A DNA stretch of 64,000 nt from a bacterium. Its GTDB lineage: Bacteria; SAR324; JACQKK01. The notes under the pieces were generated by a model. It ran no database searches and had not been told where the DNA came from. It was given only the letters and a program-made list of their open reading frames with translations. Position 1 is the first letter of the stretch, and every line of letters begins with the position of its first letter. Positions 18,799 through 27,365 of this stretch are shown one piece after another. Position numbers and translations under genes: made by a program. Location of the stretch: assembly GCA_965240465.1 (NCBI GenBank), contig OZ251219.1, positions 1,312,001 through 1,376,000 of the forward strand, read 5' to 3'.

Positions 18799-19893
18799 TT
18801 GATTAGAGAACGCTTACAGTCATTTTTAAGGATGCTTACCGATCCTCGGGTTATCACTTTGGTGATAGCATCTGTTTTGGCTACGCTGTCGGTGATTTTA
18901 TTAGGTACGGCGGTTTTGCTCCTAATTATTGCTCTTATGCTAGTTTTTGCCTTAGAGAGTTATATTTCACGTTTGAGGAGTTTAGGCATGTCAGTGGGAG
19001 TGGCTCGCAATCTTGTTTTTTGGATATTTTGTTTTATCTATCTTTTGGGAATTATCGGTCCTGTTCAGTTAGCGATTGAGCAATTATTGCAGATTGTGTC
19101 CATTTTACCTCAATTGACCTTAGACATTTCTAGCAATCTTGAGAATTGGACTCCTCCTTTATTTTTACAGAAGTATCAACCTTACATTTCCAATATTTTG
19201 GTATCTAGCCCTCAATTTATAGATACTCTCACTCAAAAAATTGGTGAGAATGCCCAGAATGCTGTTCAGACGGCTTTGGGGGCATTTTTAAGTATTACGG
19301 GTGCGGCGGTTTATTTGATATTACTTCCATTGCTGGTATTTTTCATGCTTAAGGATAAAGCGATGCTTTATGGTGCCATTCGGTTGATACCCGGCAATTT
19401 TGAGTTAGTAAAAAGCATTTGGAATGATATGGAAGAAGGCATGGCTAGGTATGTGAGCAGCAAGCTTTGGGAGGTTATGATAGTTGGTTTGGTTACTTGG
19501 GGTATTTTTTATTTACTTAAGTTTGAGTATGCAGCTTTGATGGGAATATTCACTGGTCTTTCGGTGTTAGTTCCTTATGTAGGAGCATTTGTGGTTACGA
19601 TTCCGGTTTTTTTATTAGGTCTTAGCCAGTGGGGATTTTCCGTGGATCTTAGTTATTTGATGATTGCATATTTTGCCATTCAATTTTTGGATGGCAATGT
19701 TCTTTCAACGCTTATGTTTTCTGATGCTGTTAAGATACCGCCTACCGCCATTTTGATCAGCGTGATTGTCTTTGGACGTTTGTGGGGTTTTTGGGGAGCT
19801 GTGTTTGCTATTCCACTGGTATCATTACTGAGGTCGCTGGCACATGCTTGGATTAAATTTAAGGACTCCAGTGATCAGCCGAATGCGTCCTGA
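18799..19893 (+). CDS. AI-2E family (PerM-like) transporter
   Basis: Multi-TM; FFMLKD, SVLVPYVGA, QFLDGNVL, GRLWGFWGAVFAIPL. Confidence 0.9.
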   Translation: MIRERLQSFLRMLTDPRVITLVIASVLATLSVILLGTAVLLLIIALMLVFALESYISRLRSLGMSVGVARNLVFWIFCFIYLLGIIGPVQLAIEQLLQIVSILPQLTLDISSNLENWTPPLFLQKYQPYISNILVSSPQFIDTLTQKIGENAQNAVQTALGAFLSITGAAVYLILLPLLVFFMLKDKAMLYGAIRLIPGNFELVKSIWNDMEEGMARYVSSKLWEVMIVGLVTWGIFYLLKFEYAALMGIFTGLSVLVPYVGAFVVTIPVFLLGLSQWGFSVDLSYLMIAYFAIQFLDGNVLSTLMFSDAVKIPPTAILISVIVFGRLWGFWGAVFAIPLVSLLRSLAHAWIKFKDSSDQPNAS

Positions 19894-20095
19894 TGGTATT
19901 GCGTCCCTTTTGTTTTGCATTTTGATGGTATTGCGTTGATGGTATTGCGTCCCTTTTGTTTTGCATTTTGATGGTATTGCGTTGATGGTATTGCGTTGAT
20001 GGTATTGCGTTGATGGTATTGCGTTGATGGTATTGCGTTGATGGTATTGCGTTGATGGTATTGCGTCCCTTTTGTTTTGCATTTTGATGGTATTG
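19891..20095. repeat. Compound tandem repeat: 14-bp unit with an interspersed T-rich linker
   Basis: (ttgatggtattgcg)n with three cccttttgttttgcatt insertions. Confidence 0.95.
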
Positions 20096-20129
20096 AGTTT
20101 TGATAGTTTGTGGGTTTATTTACGTGCAA

Positions 20130-20203
<74 letters not shown>

Positions 20204-20238
20204 ATGCAGAGTGAGAATACGATACTAGCATGACTTAG

Positions 20239-21048
20239 TTAGCGTGAAGCCAGCTTGAAGTAACGCTTTTCAGTTGGAGCATAGAGTTTGGGGTATTTTT
20301 GTTTAGCGACCTGCAGCATGGCGATAAATTTAGGAACATATTCTGCGGTTTCTTGTCGGAGACGGAGTCTGAAAAAGCTGGTGGTGTGTTGTTGTTGGAT
20401 TTTTTTAGACAGGTAGTTAGGTCCTCCATTGTAGGCTGCTAGGGCTAATTCCCAACGATAGTTAAATTCCAGCCCTAGCTGTTCCAAATAACGAGCTGCG
20501 GCCACGGTGGATTTCTTCCAGTTGAGGCGATCATCACGGTTGTGGCTGATGTGTAAGCCCATATGTCTGGCGGTCTGTGCGGTGAACTGCCACATACCGA
20601 GGGCACTTCCAGAGTTGGCATCCAGCTTAAAGGTGGATTCGAGCATGGGCAAATAGGCTAGTTCTTCTGGCAACCCCCGACGGCGGAACTCTCGCACGAT
20701 GGTAGGTAAATAGGGCTGAGCACGAACCAAAGCCTTTTTCACGGTGTTAGTACGATTGTAATAACGATGAAATTTCTGCACCAAAGCATGATTGGATTGC
20801 CACAGTAATGGATTCTTATCCTTAATCCTGCTAGTCAGCAAAGATGCTCTTATCTCGGTGGGATATACAAAAGGATTCGTACAAGAACTCAGCAACAATG
20901 CTATTAGTGAAATGCTCAGATAGTGCAACAAACTCAGATGTGAACTCCTAGCTGCACTAGCCAATTCATAGCAACTCAGGTGATAACTAGCAGGGCGTAA
21001 ATTTGACTTCATATAATTCCCAAAACAACAATTTCCGTGCAACAACAA
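20239..21048 (-). CDS. Lytic transglycosylase (MltD-like SLT domain), probable lipoprotein
   Basis: LPMLES, GMWQF, ALAAYNGG, ETAEYVPKF; LLLSSC lipobox; real start probably downstream of 21048. Confidence 0.88.
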   Translation of the reverse strand: MLLHGNCCFGNYMKSNLRPASYHLSCYELASAARSSHLSLLHYLSISLIALLLSSCTNPFVYPTEIRASLLTSRIKDKNPLLWQSNHALVQKFHRYYNRTNTVKKALVRAQPYLPTIVREFRRRGLPEELAYLPMLESTFKLDANSGSALGMWQFTAQTARHMGLHISHNRDDRLNWKKSTVAAARYLEQLGLEFNYRWELALAAYNGGPNYLSKKIQQQHTTSFFRLRLRQETAEYVPKFIAMLQVAKQKYPKLYAPTEKRYFKLASR

Positions 21049-21143
21049 TCTCCGTGCAACAACAATCTCCGCGCGGTAGCATCACCTACCTCGCCATATG
21101 TATTGCAATTCGGCTGCCAGAATAAGCACTAGACCTCACTTTA

Positions 21144-22058
21144 ATGCCTACTCCTGTTCAACCCGCGATAAATGCCATGATAAATGCCATCACCATCGCC
21201 AAACTGATGGAATACACACAGAAAATGGATGCAATCGCAATCCCGCGCCTCATCCTCAAGGATAAACAGCTGGAGTACCCTCTACTGATGGGCGTGATAA
21301 ACCTATCGCCCGATTCCGCTTACCGAAAAAGTATCTGCCATGATGCTCCTACTGCCATTGCCCGCGGACTCACCCTAAGCCAACAAGGAGCGTGCCTCAT
21401 AGACATCGGGGTTGAATCCACCTTAGAACATGCCAAACGAATTGACCCTCAGGAGCAAATAAAGCTCCTGCTGCCAGTAATCAAGGGATTGGTAACAGAG
21501 GGAATCTTGGTGTCCGCAGAAAGCTACCACCCTAAAGTGCTCGAAGCTGCAGCTCAAGCTGGGGCTGCTATTTTTAATCTCACTGGCACTGCCGAAGAAA
21601 ATGACGTATATCAACTGGCAGCTAAATATCAAACTGCCGTCATCCATAGCTACATCCAAGGCGAACATGTTCATAAAGTGCAAGACTTCCAATTCCAGCC
21701 CCAAATGACCCTCAAAATGCAGGCTTGGTTTCAAAAACGACTTGAAATAGCTCAAAAACAAGGGGTACAACACCACATCCTAGACCCAGGACTGGGCTTC
21801 TACTATCCCAATCTCAAGGACAGCACCCAACGAGTACATCATCAACTAAACACCTTCCTTACCAGCTGGCAACTACACTCACTAGGTTGGCCTATAATGA
21901 ACATCCTTCCTCACGCCCCAGAAGCTTTTACCGACTCCCTCCAGTCCTATGCCGAACCCTTCTTTGCCGTCTTTGCTCTCCTCGGGGGAACACATATCAT
22001 CCGCACCCACGAAGTGAAAACCGTTGCTGCCGTCCAGCAAACAATGGAAATGTATTAA
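21144..22058 (+). CDS. folP: Dihydropteroate synthase-like protein
   Basis: MGVINLSPDS, IDIGVEST, LDPGLGF, IIRTHEV; start uncertain. Confidence 0.85.
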   Translation: MPTPVQPAINAMINAITIAKLMEYTQKMDAIAIPRLILKDKQLEYPLLMGVINLSPDSAYRKSICHDAPTAIARGLTLSQQGACLIDIGVESTLEHAKRIDPQEQIKLLLPVIKGLVTEGILVSAESYHPKVLEAAAQAGAAIFNLTGTAEENDVYQLAAKYQTAVIHSYIQGEHVHKVQDFQFQPQMTLKMQAWFQKRLEIAQKQGVQHHILDPGLGFYYPNLKDSTQRVHHQLNTFLTSWQLHSLGWPIMNILPHAPEAFTDSLQSYAEPFFAVFALLGGTHIIRTHEVKTVAAVQQTMEMY

Positions 22059-22150
22059 AATGGGAAATGTATTAAAATAATTGAAATAAGTAAGATTTTA
22101 TGGTATGTACTAGCTAACTCATTAAGTAGTATATAGGAACGGAGAGTGCT

Positions 22151-22591
22151 ATGGATACGGTTTTTGTCATTGCAGATGCAATTCTTAAGATAGCCAAAGA
22201 GCAAAATAAAAAGGTTACCCCACTTCAATTATTGAAGCTGGTATATATCTCGGAAGGTTGGAGCTTGGCTTTGCGAAATAAAACGCTGTTTTCTAATCGC
22301 ATAGAGGCTTGGCAGTACGGGCCTGTTGTTCCAGACCTTTACCACAGAACGAAGAATTTTGGTGGAAACCCAATACCATACAAAGAAATGGATTATGAAG
22401 AATCTTCTCTTAGCGGGGAAGATTTTGAGTTTCAAAAGGAGGTTTATAATGCTTATCGTGATTACTCAGGTATTGAATTATCAAGCATTACACACCAGAC
22501 TGATTCGCCTTGGTACCAAGTCTACAAGCATGGTGAGTATAAATTAGAAATACCTCATCTAGAGCTCAAGAAGGCTAGAGGAGTAAAGTAG
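22151..22591 (+). CDS. Panacea-domain (DUF4065/SocA/GepA-like) antitoxin
   Basis: TPLQLLKLVYI, IEAWQYGPVVPDLY, ELSSITHQTDSPW are characteristic Panacea motifs. Confidence 0.9.
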   Translation: MDTVFVIADAILKIAKEQNKKVTPLQLLKLVYISEGWSLALRNKTLFSNRIEAWQYGPVVPDLYHRTKNFGGNPIPYKEMDYEESSLSGEDFEFQKEVYNAYRDYSGIELSSITHQTDSPWYQVYKHGEYKLEIPHLELKKARGVK

Positions 22592-22596
22592 AGATA

Positions 22597-22920
22597 TTGC
22601 ATGGCATCCCAAATCCTCCAGAGAGACCGCAATTTGAATGGACAAGCGATAAGCTTGCAAATTTAGAAGGTGAATTACACGGGGAAAAAATAAAACAAGA
22701 TATTAGGATCATTTCGTTCCTTGGGTGGTTAAGGATGGTTGTTGCAGGTTTGCTGGTGGTAGTTTTTCTCGTATGGTTATTTCATTTATTAACCCCTGGA
22801 TATTGGCATTGGTTAAGCACAGAAAGTATAAGAACGTTGGAAGTAATTTTTATTAGTGTTATTTTTGGAGGATTTTTTCTCAACCCAGCTAGTAGATACT
22901 CTGATAACAGAGACGCATAA
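22597..22920 (+). CDS. Small two-TM membrane protein, putative Panacea-paired toxin
   Basis: Starts 5 bp after the antitoxin stop; two hydrophobic helices flank WLFHLLTPGYWHWLS. Confidence 0.6.
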   Translation: MHGIPNPPERPQFEWTSDKLANLEGELHGEKIKQDIRIISFLGWLRMVVAGLLVVVFLVWLFHLLTPGYWHWLSTESIRTLEVIFISVIFGGFFLNPASRYSDNRDA

Positions 22921-23020
22921 AAATTTAATAAGGGCAATTTTGTAGCAGTGTCCGTAGGGTAAAACCATTTGCTAAATTTTTTTATCGCTTAGTGATTATG
23001 AAGACAAAATAGCAGAGAAA

Positions 23021-23431
23021 ATGGAAGGTGGATTTAGAAATAGTGTAGCTTTTGGTGAGCGAATTGAGTACTTGCTGGTAGGAGAAATGATTGGGGAAGG
23101 ATTGGATGTTTATCGTCCTGTGACTGATAACATGGGCATTGATGCGGTTATCAGAAGGAAGGATGGAACATTTATTGAGGTGCAAATCAAGGCTCGCTCA
23201 AAGGACGCAAAGCAAGGTACTTTATTTACCTTAAAAGCTTTCCAAGCGAGAAGAAGTTATTTCTTTATCTTTTACGCTGAGGGAATTAATACCAAGTGGA
23301 TATTTTCCTCTAAGGAACTTGACGCAGAGGCTGTGACAAATAAAACAGGAAAGCACGAAGGCAAGAGGAGCATTACACTTGGTAAAAGATTTGACAAATA
23401 CATAGCTACTAATTTTGATAGGCTAAAATAG
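23021..23431 (+). CDS. Small PD-(D/E)xK nuclease-family protein, copy 1
   Basis: GERIE...DVYRPVTDNMGIDAVI...EVQIK. Confidence 0.78.
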   Translation: MEGGFRNSVAFGERIEYLLVGEMIGEGLDVYRPVTDNMGIDAVIRRKDGTFIEVQIKARSKDAKQGTLFTLKAFQARRSYFFIFYAEGINTKWIFSSKELDAEAVTNKTGKHEGKRSITLGKRFDKYIATNFDRLK

Positions 23432-23438
23432 TATCAGG

Positions 23439-23465
23439 GGGGCTAATGTTGCCCCTTATTTTTTT
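23439..23465 (+). terminator. Terminator-like hairpin between nuclease copies (repeated at 23905-23932)
   Basis: GGGGC-taatgtt-GCCCC followed by TTATTTTTTT. Confidence 0.5.
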
Positions 23466-23486
23466 GCATAATAAAAGGAGACACAA

Positions 23487-23912
23487 ATGGCAAATCGTGA
23501 AAATAATCACGCTTTTAATGAGCGAATTAAGTGCTTTATAAAGAAGGAAATGCTTAAAGAAGGGATGGATGTTTATCTTGCCAAGGTTGAAAATGGAGAA
23601 GGTATAGTTGTCAAAAAGGAGAACAAAATACATATTGAGGTGAAAGTCCATGCTAGTTCAAAGGAGGCACAGAAAGGTTGTTCATTTGGATTTGGCTTAC
23701 AACCTTTCCCAAAGAAAAGAAATTATTTCTTTATCCTTTATGATGAAAGAACTAATACCAAGTGGATATTCTCCTCTAAGGAACTTGACGCAGAGGCTGA
23801 GACAAATAAAACAGGAAAAAACAAAGGGGAGAGAAGCATTATACTTGGTGAAAGATTTGAAAAATACATAGCTACTAATTTTGATAGGCTAAAAGAGTAT
23901 CAGGGGGGCTAA
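23487..23912 (+). CDS. PD-(D/E)xK nuclease paralog, copy 2, catalytic motif degenerate
   Basis: NERIK, ENGEGIVV and EVKVH replace GERIE, GID and EVQIK; AAGGAG SD. Confidence 0.75.
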   Translation: MANRENNHAFNERIKCFIKKEMLKEGMDVYLAKVENGEGIVVKKENKIHIEVKVHASSKEAQKGCSFGFGLQPFPKKRNYFFILYDERTNTKWIFSSKELDAEAETNKTGKNKGERSIILGERFEKYIATNFDRLKEYQGG

Positions 23913-23953
23913 TGTTGCCCCTTATTTTTTTTGCATAATAAAAGGAGACACAA

Positions 23954-24382
23954 ATGGGAGTTAGTTTTAGAAGTAAAAAATCTTTTGGTGAGCGAATTGA
24001 GTACTGGATAGCGGGGGAAATGCTGAAAGAGGGGATGGATGTTTATCTTCCTACGGTTGATGACATGGGAATTGATATGGTTGTCAGAAGGAAGGATAAA
24101 ACATTTATTGAGGTGCAAGTTAAGGCTAGATCAGAGGACGCAAAGCAAGGTCTTTTATTTGCTGCTCTAAAACCTTTTCCAGTGAGAGAAAATTATTTCT
24201 TTATCTTTTATGCTGAAGCAGTAAATACCAAGTGGATATTTTCCTCTAAGGAACTTGACAAAGAAGCTGGGACGAATAAAACAGGAGAAAATAAAGGCAA
24301 GAGGAACATTGCTCTTGGTAAGAAATTTGACAAATACATAGCTACTAATTTTGATAGGCTAGAAGAGTACAAGGGGGGCTAA
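23954..24382 (+). CDS. PD-(D/E)xK nuclease paralog, copy 3
   Basis: GERIE, DDMGIDMVV, EVQVK; SD. Confidence 0.78.
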   Translation: MGVSFRSKKSFGERIEYWIAGEMLKEGMDVYLPTVDDMGIDMVVRRKDKTFIEVQVKARSEDAKQGLLFAALKPFPVRENYFFIFYAEAVNTKWIFSSKELDKEAGTNKTGENKGKRNIALGKKFDKYIATNFDRLEEYKGG

Positions 24383-24434
24383 GAAAACTGGATGAGGCAT
24401 ATTATTTTTTTTTGCATAATGAAAGGAGACACAA

Positions 24435-24860
24435 ATGGGAGTTAGTTTTAGAAGTAAAAAATCTTTTGGTGAGCGAATTGAGCACTGGATAATGGGGGAA
24501 ATGCTTAAAGAAGGGATGGATGTTTATCTTTCCACGGTTGATGACAGGGGAGTTGATATGGTTGTCAGAAATGAGAATGGAATATTTATTGAGGTGCAGA
24601 TCAAGGCTAGATCAGAGGACGCAAAGAAAGATATGTTATTTAACACTAAACCTTTCATAGCAAGAAAAAATTATTTCTTTATCTTTTATGCTGAGGGAAG
24701 AAATATCAAGTGGATATTCTCCTCTAAGGAACTTGACGCAGAGGCTGAGACAAATAAAACAGGAAAAAACAAAGGGGAGAGAAGCATTATACTTGTTGAA
24801 AGATTTGACAAATACATAGCTACTAATTTTGATAGGCTAAAAGAGTACAAGGGGGGCTAA
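24435..24860 (+). CDS. PD-(D/E)xK nuclease paralog, copy 4
   Basis: GERIE, DDRGVDMVV, EVQIK; SD. Confidence 0.78.
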   Translation: MGVSFRSKKSFGERIEHWIMGEMLKEGMDVYLSTVDDRGVDMVVRNENGIFIEVQIKARSEDAKKDMLFNTKPFIARKNYFFIFYAEGRNIKWIFSSKELDAEAETNKTGKNKGERSIILVERFDKYIATNFDRLKEYKGG

Positions 24861-24913
24861 GAAAACTGGATGAGGCATATTATTTTTTTATTGCATAATG
24901 AAAGGAGACACAA

Positions 24914-25339
24914 ATGGGAGTTAGTTTTAGAAGTAAAAAATCTTTCGGTGAGCGAATTGAGCACTGGATAATGGGGGAAATGCTTAAAGAAGGGATGGAT
25001 GTTTATCTTTCCACGGTTGATGACAGGGGAGTTGATATGGTTGTCAGAAATGAGAATGGAATATTTATTGAGGTGCAGATCAAGGCTAGATCAGAGGACG
25101 CAAAGAAAGATATGTTATTTAACACTAAACCTTTCATAGCAAGAAAAAATTATTTCTTTATCTTTTATGCTGAGGGAAGAAATATCAAGTGGATATTCAC
25201 CTCCAAGGAACTTGACGCAGAGGCTGAGACAAATAAAGCAGGAAAAAACAAAGGGGGGAGGTGGATTCGTCTTAGTGATAAATTTGACAAGTACACGGTT
25301 ACTAATTTTGATAGGCTAAAAGAGTACAAGGGGGGCTAA
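24914..25339 (+). CDS. PD-(D/E)xK nuclease paralog, copy 5
   Basis: Nearly identical to copy 4 except the C-terminal segment. Confidence 0.78.
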   Translation: MGVSFRSKKSFGERIEHWIMGEMLKEGMDVYLSTVDDRGVDMVVRNENGIFIEVQIKARSEDAKKDMLFNTKPFIARKNYFFIFYAEGRNIKWIFTSKELDAEAETNKAGKNKGGRWIRLSDKFDKYTVTNFDRLKEYKGG

Positions 25340-25440
25340 AAATTGGATGAGGCATGAACTCATGCCGAGCGAAGTAGTAGGTAAGAGTACACTACGGGGG
25401 GGGGCTTTATATTTTTTGGCATAACAAACAGGAGACACAG

Positions 25441-25890
25441 ATGGAAGGTGATTTTAGAAGTAAAAAATCTTTTGGTGAGCGAATTGAGAGTTTCTGGCAT
25501 AATTCCCCTTTACCAGCCCTTTTTGGGTATCCCTTAGTGGCTGCTTTTATGGGGTATGGATTATTCATATTTGTTTTTGGTATTTGGGGATTATTCAATA
25601 TGTTCGAAAATTTTGGATTATGGCTAATCTTTGAGTACTTTTTTAAATTTTTAGCTGTACTTTTACTATTTTTTGGGTTCTGGGTTCATTTGGTAATTGG
25701 GGTAGTCTACTGGCTGGTAACAGAATGGAACTGGGAGATTTGGCAAGCAATTTTGTTTGTTTCTCCTTTTTCTTTTATTTGGCTTTTTTTGCTTATTTGG
25801 CTTATCGGAACAGGCTTGGCTGCTTCTTTTTCCTTGCTTGGAAGTTTATTCGGACATAAAAAAAAGGGAGACAATGAAATCAACTGGTGA
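25441..25890 (+). CDS. Membrane protein with nuclease-derived N-terminal peptide, copy A
   Basis: MEGDFRSKKSFGERIE followed by 3-4 hydrophobic helices; AGGAG SD. Confidence 0.75.
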   Translation: MEGDFRSKKSFGERIESFWHNSPLPALFGYPLVAAFMGYGLFIFVFGIWGLFNMFENFGLWLIFEYFFKFLAVLLLFFGFWVHLVIGVVYWLVTEWNWEIWQAILFVSPFSFIWLFLLIWLIGTGLAASFSLLGSLFGHKKKGDNEINW

Positions 25891-25980
25891 GGTATAAACT
25901 CATGCCGAGAGAAGTGGTAGGTAAGAGTACGCTACGGGGGGGGCTTTATATTTTTTGGCATAATAAAGCAGGATACACAA

Positions 25981-26415
25981 ATGGAAGGTGGATTTAGAAA
26001 TAGTGTAGCTTTTGGTGAGCGAATTGAGAGTTTCATGCTACTTCTTTTTAGGTGTCCCTTAAAGGTTGCTGTTTGGGGGTATGGATTATTCATAGTTGTT
26101 TTTGGTATTTGGGGATTATTCAATATGTTCGAAGATTTTGGATTATGGCCAATCTTTGAGTACTTTTTTACAGGTATAGTTTCACTTTTAGTATTTTTTG
26201 GGTTCTGGTATCTTTTGATGATTGGGGTAGTCTACTGGTTCGTAACAGAATGGAACTGGGAGGTTTGGCAAGCATTTTTGTTTATTTTTCCTTTCATTCC
26301 TGTTGCTATTATTTTGCCTATTTGGCTTATCGGAACAGGCTTGGCTGCTTTTTCTTCCTTGCTTGGAAGTTTATTCGGACATAAAAAGAGGGGAGACAAT
26401 GGAATCAACTGCTGA
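25981..26415 (+). CDS. Membrane protein with nuclease-derived N-terminal peptide, copy B
   Basis: First 48 nt identical to 23021-23068; remainder paralogous to 25441-25890. Confidence 0.75.
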   Translation: MEGGFRNSVAFGERIESFMLLLFRCPLKVAVWGYGLFIVVFGIWGLFNMFEDFGLWPIFEYFFTGIVSLLVFFGFWYLLMIGVVYWFVTEWNWEVWQAFLFIFPFIPVAIILPIWLIGTGLAAFSSLLGSLFGHKKRGDNGINC

Positions 26416-26426
26416 GGCATAAACTC

Positions 26427-27365
26427 ATGCCGAAACTCATGCCCAGAGAAAAAGCCAGTATTGCCTCCCCCGAAATATCCATTCCAGTGGTTTGGCAGCC
26501 AGGACACATGCAAGCCGCCAAAAAGAAGCTGTCCCAAGTGCTGAAAAGTACGGACATCGTCTTGGAACTGCGAGATGCCCGCCTCCCAGCCCTGACCTCG
26601 CCCGCTTGGTTTGAGGAAAGACTGCGACAAAAATCCCGCTTGCTCGCCTGCAACAAATCAGCTTTAGCCGATCCAGAAGTGAACCAGCAATGGTTGGAAT
26701 TCTGGAAGCAACAACAACAACCAGCCATCTTGCTTGATGCAGATTCTAAGCAAGGCTTAAAACAACTTTTTCAGGCTATTCAGTTCTTAGGAAAACCCTC
26801 GCGACAGCGTTTCCACCGACGCAATATGCAGCCTCCCGCCCTGCGAATTTTAATCATCGGGCTGCCCAATGTTGGCAAATCCACCCTGATCAATCGCTTG
26901 GGAAATAAGAAACGAACCGCAGTAGCACCGCAACCAGGGGTTACCAGAGGAATTACCTGGATCAATCTGCCTCCCAACATGCTGGTGATGGATACCCCAG
27001 GCATTTTGCCACCACGAGTAGAAAATCAACAACAATTGCTCTGGCTGGCTTGGAGCGGATGCCTCCCAGATCATACGCTCAACCTGCCTCACCTTACCGC
27101 ACTACTACTTACCTACTTGCTTGATAAACCTCAGCCCCAACTGCTCCAATGGCTAAAACCGATAATACCACCTACCCAGCCAAATTTTAGCCAAACCCAG
27201 CAATTACTCCGCGAACTATGTCAACATCGGGGCTGGCTACTACCTAAAGCCCAGCCTCATCTTCATCAGGCAGCCCAAAAATTCTTCTCCCACTTCCGAA
27301 CAGGAAAACTAGGGCGATATTCCTTCCAAAGACCTAAACATAAACCGAAAAATGAAAATATCTAG
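26427..27365 (+). CDS. rbgA: Ribosome biogenesis GTPase RbgA/YlqF
   Basis: WQPGHM, ELRDARLP, GLPNVGKSTLIN, PGVTR, DTPGIL, FRTGKLG. Confidence 0.93.
   Translation: MPKLMPREKASIASPEISIPVVWQPGHMQAAKKKLSQVLKSTDIVLELRDARLPALTSPAWFEERLRQKSRLLACNKSALADPEVNQQWLEFWKQQQQPAILLDADSKQGLKQLFQAIQFLGKPSRQRFHRRNMQPPALRILIIGLPNVGKSTLINRLGNKKRTAVAPQPGVTRGITWINLPPNMLVMDTPGILPPRVENQQQLLWLAWSGCLPDHTLNLPHLTALLLTYLLDKPQPQLLQWLKPIIPPTQPNFSQTQQLLRELCQHRGWLLPKAQPHLHQAAQKFFSHFRTGKLGRYSFQRPKHKPKNENI

Noticed and set aside
19891-20095. Repeat next to tRNA-Pro as CRISPR or att site; ORFs 19825-20082 and 19875-20129
   Set aside because: The interspersed linkers are identical, not unique; no integrase or duplicated tRNA 3' end; the ORFs are translations of the repeat.
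23021-26415. Integron cassette array
   Set aside because: No intI and no RYYYAAC...GTTRRRY attC structure recognised; the units are paralogs and the spacers derive from local sequence.
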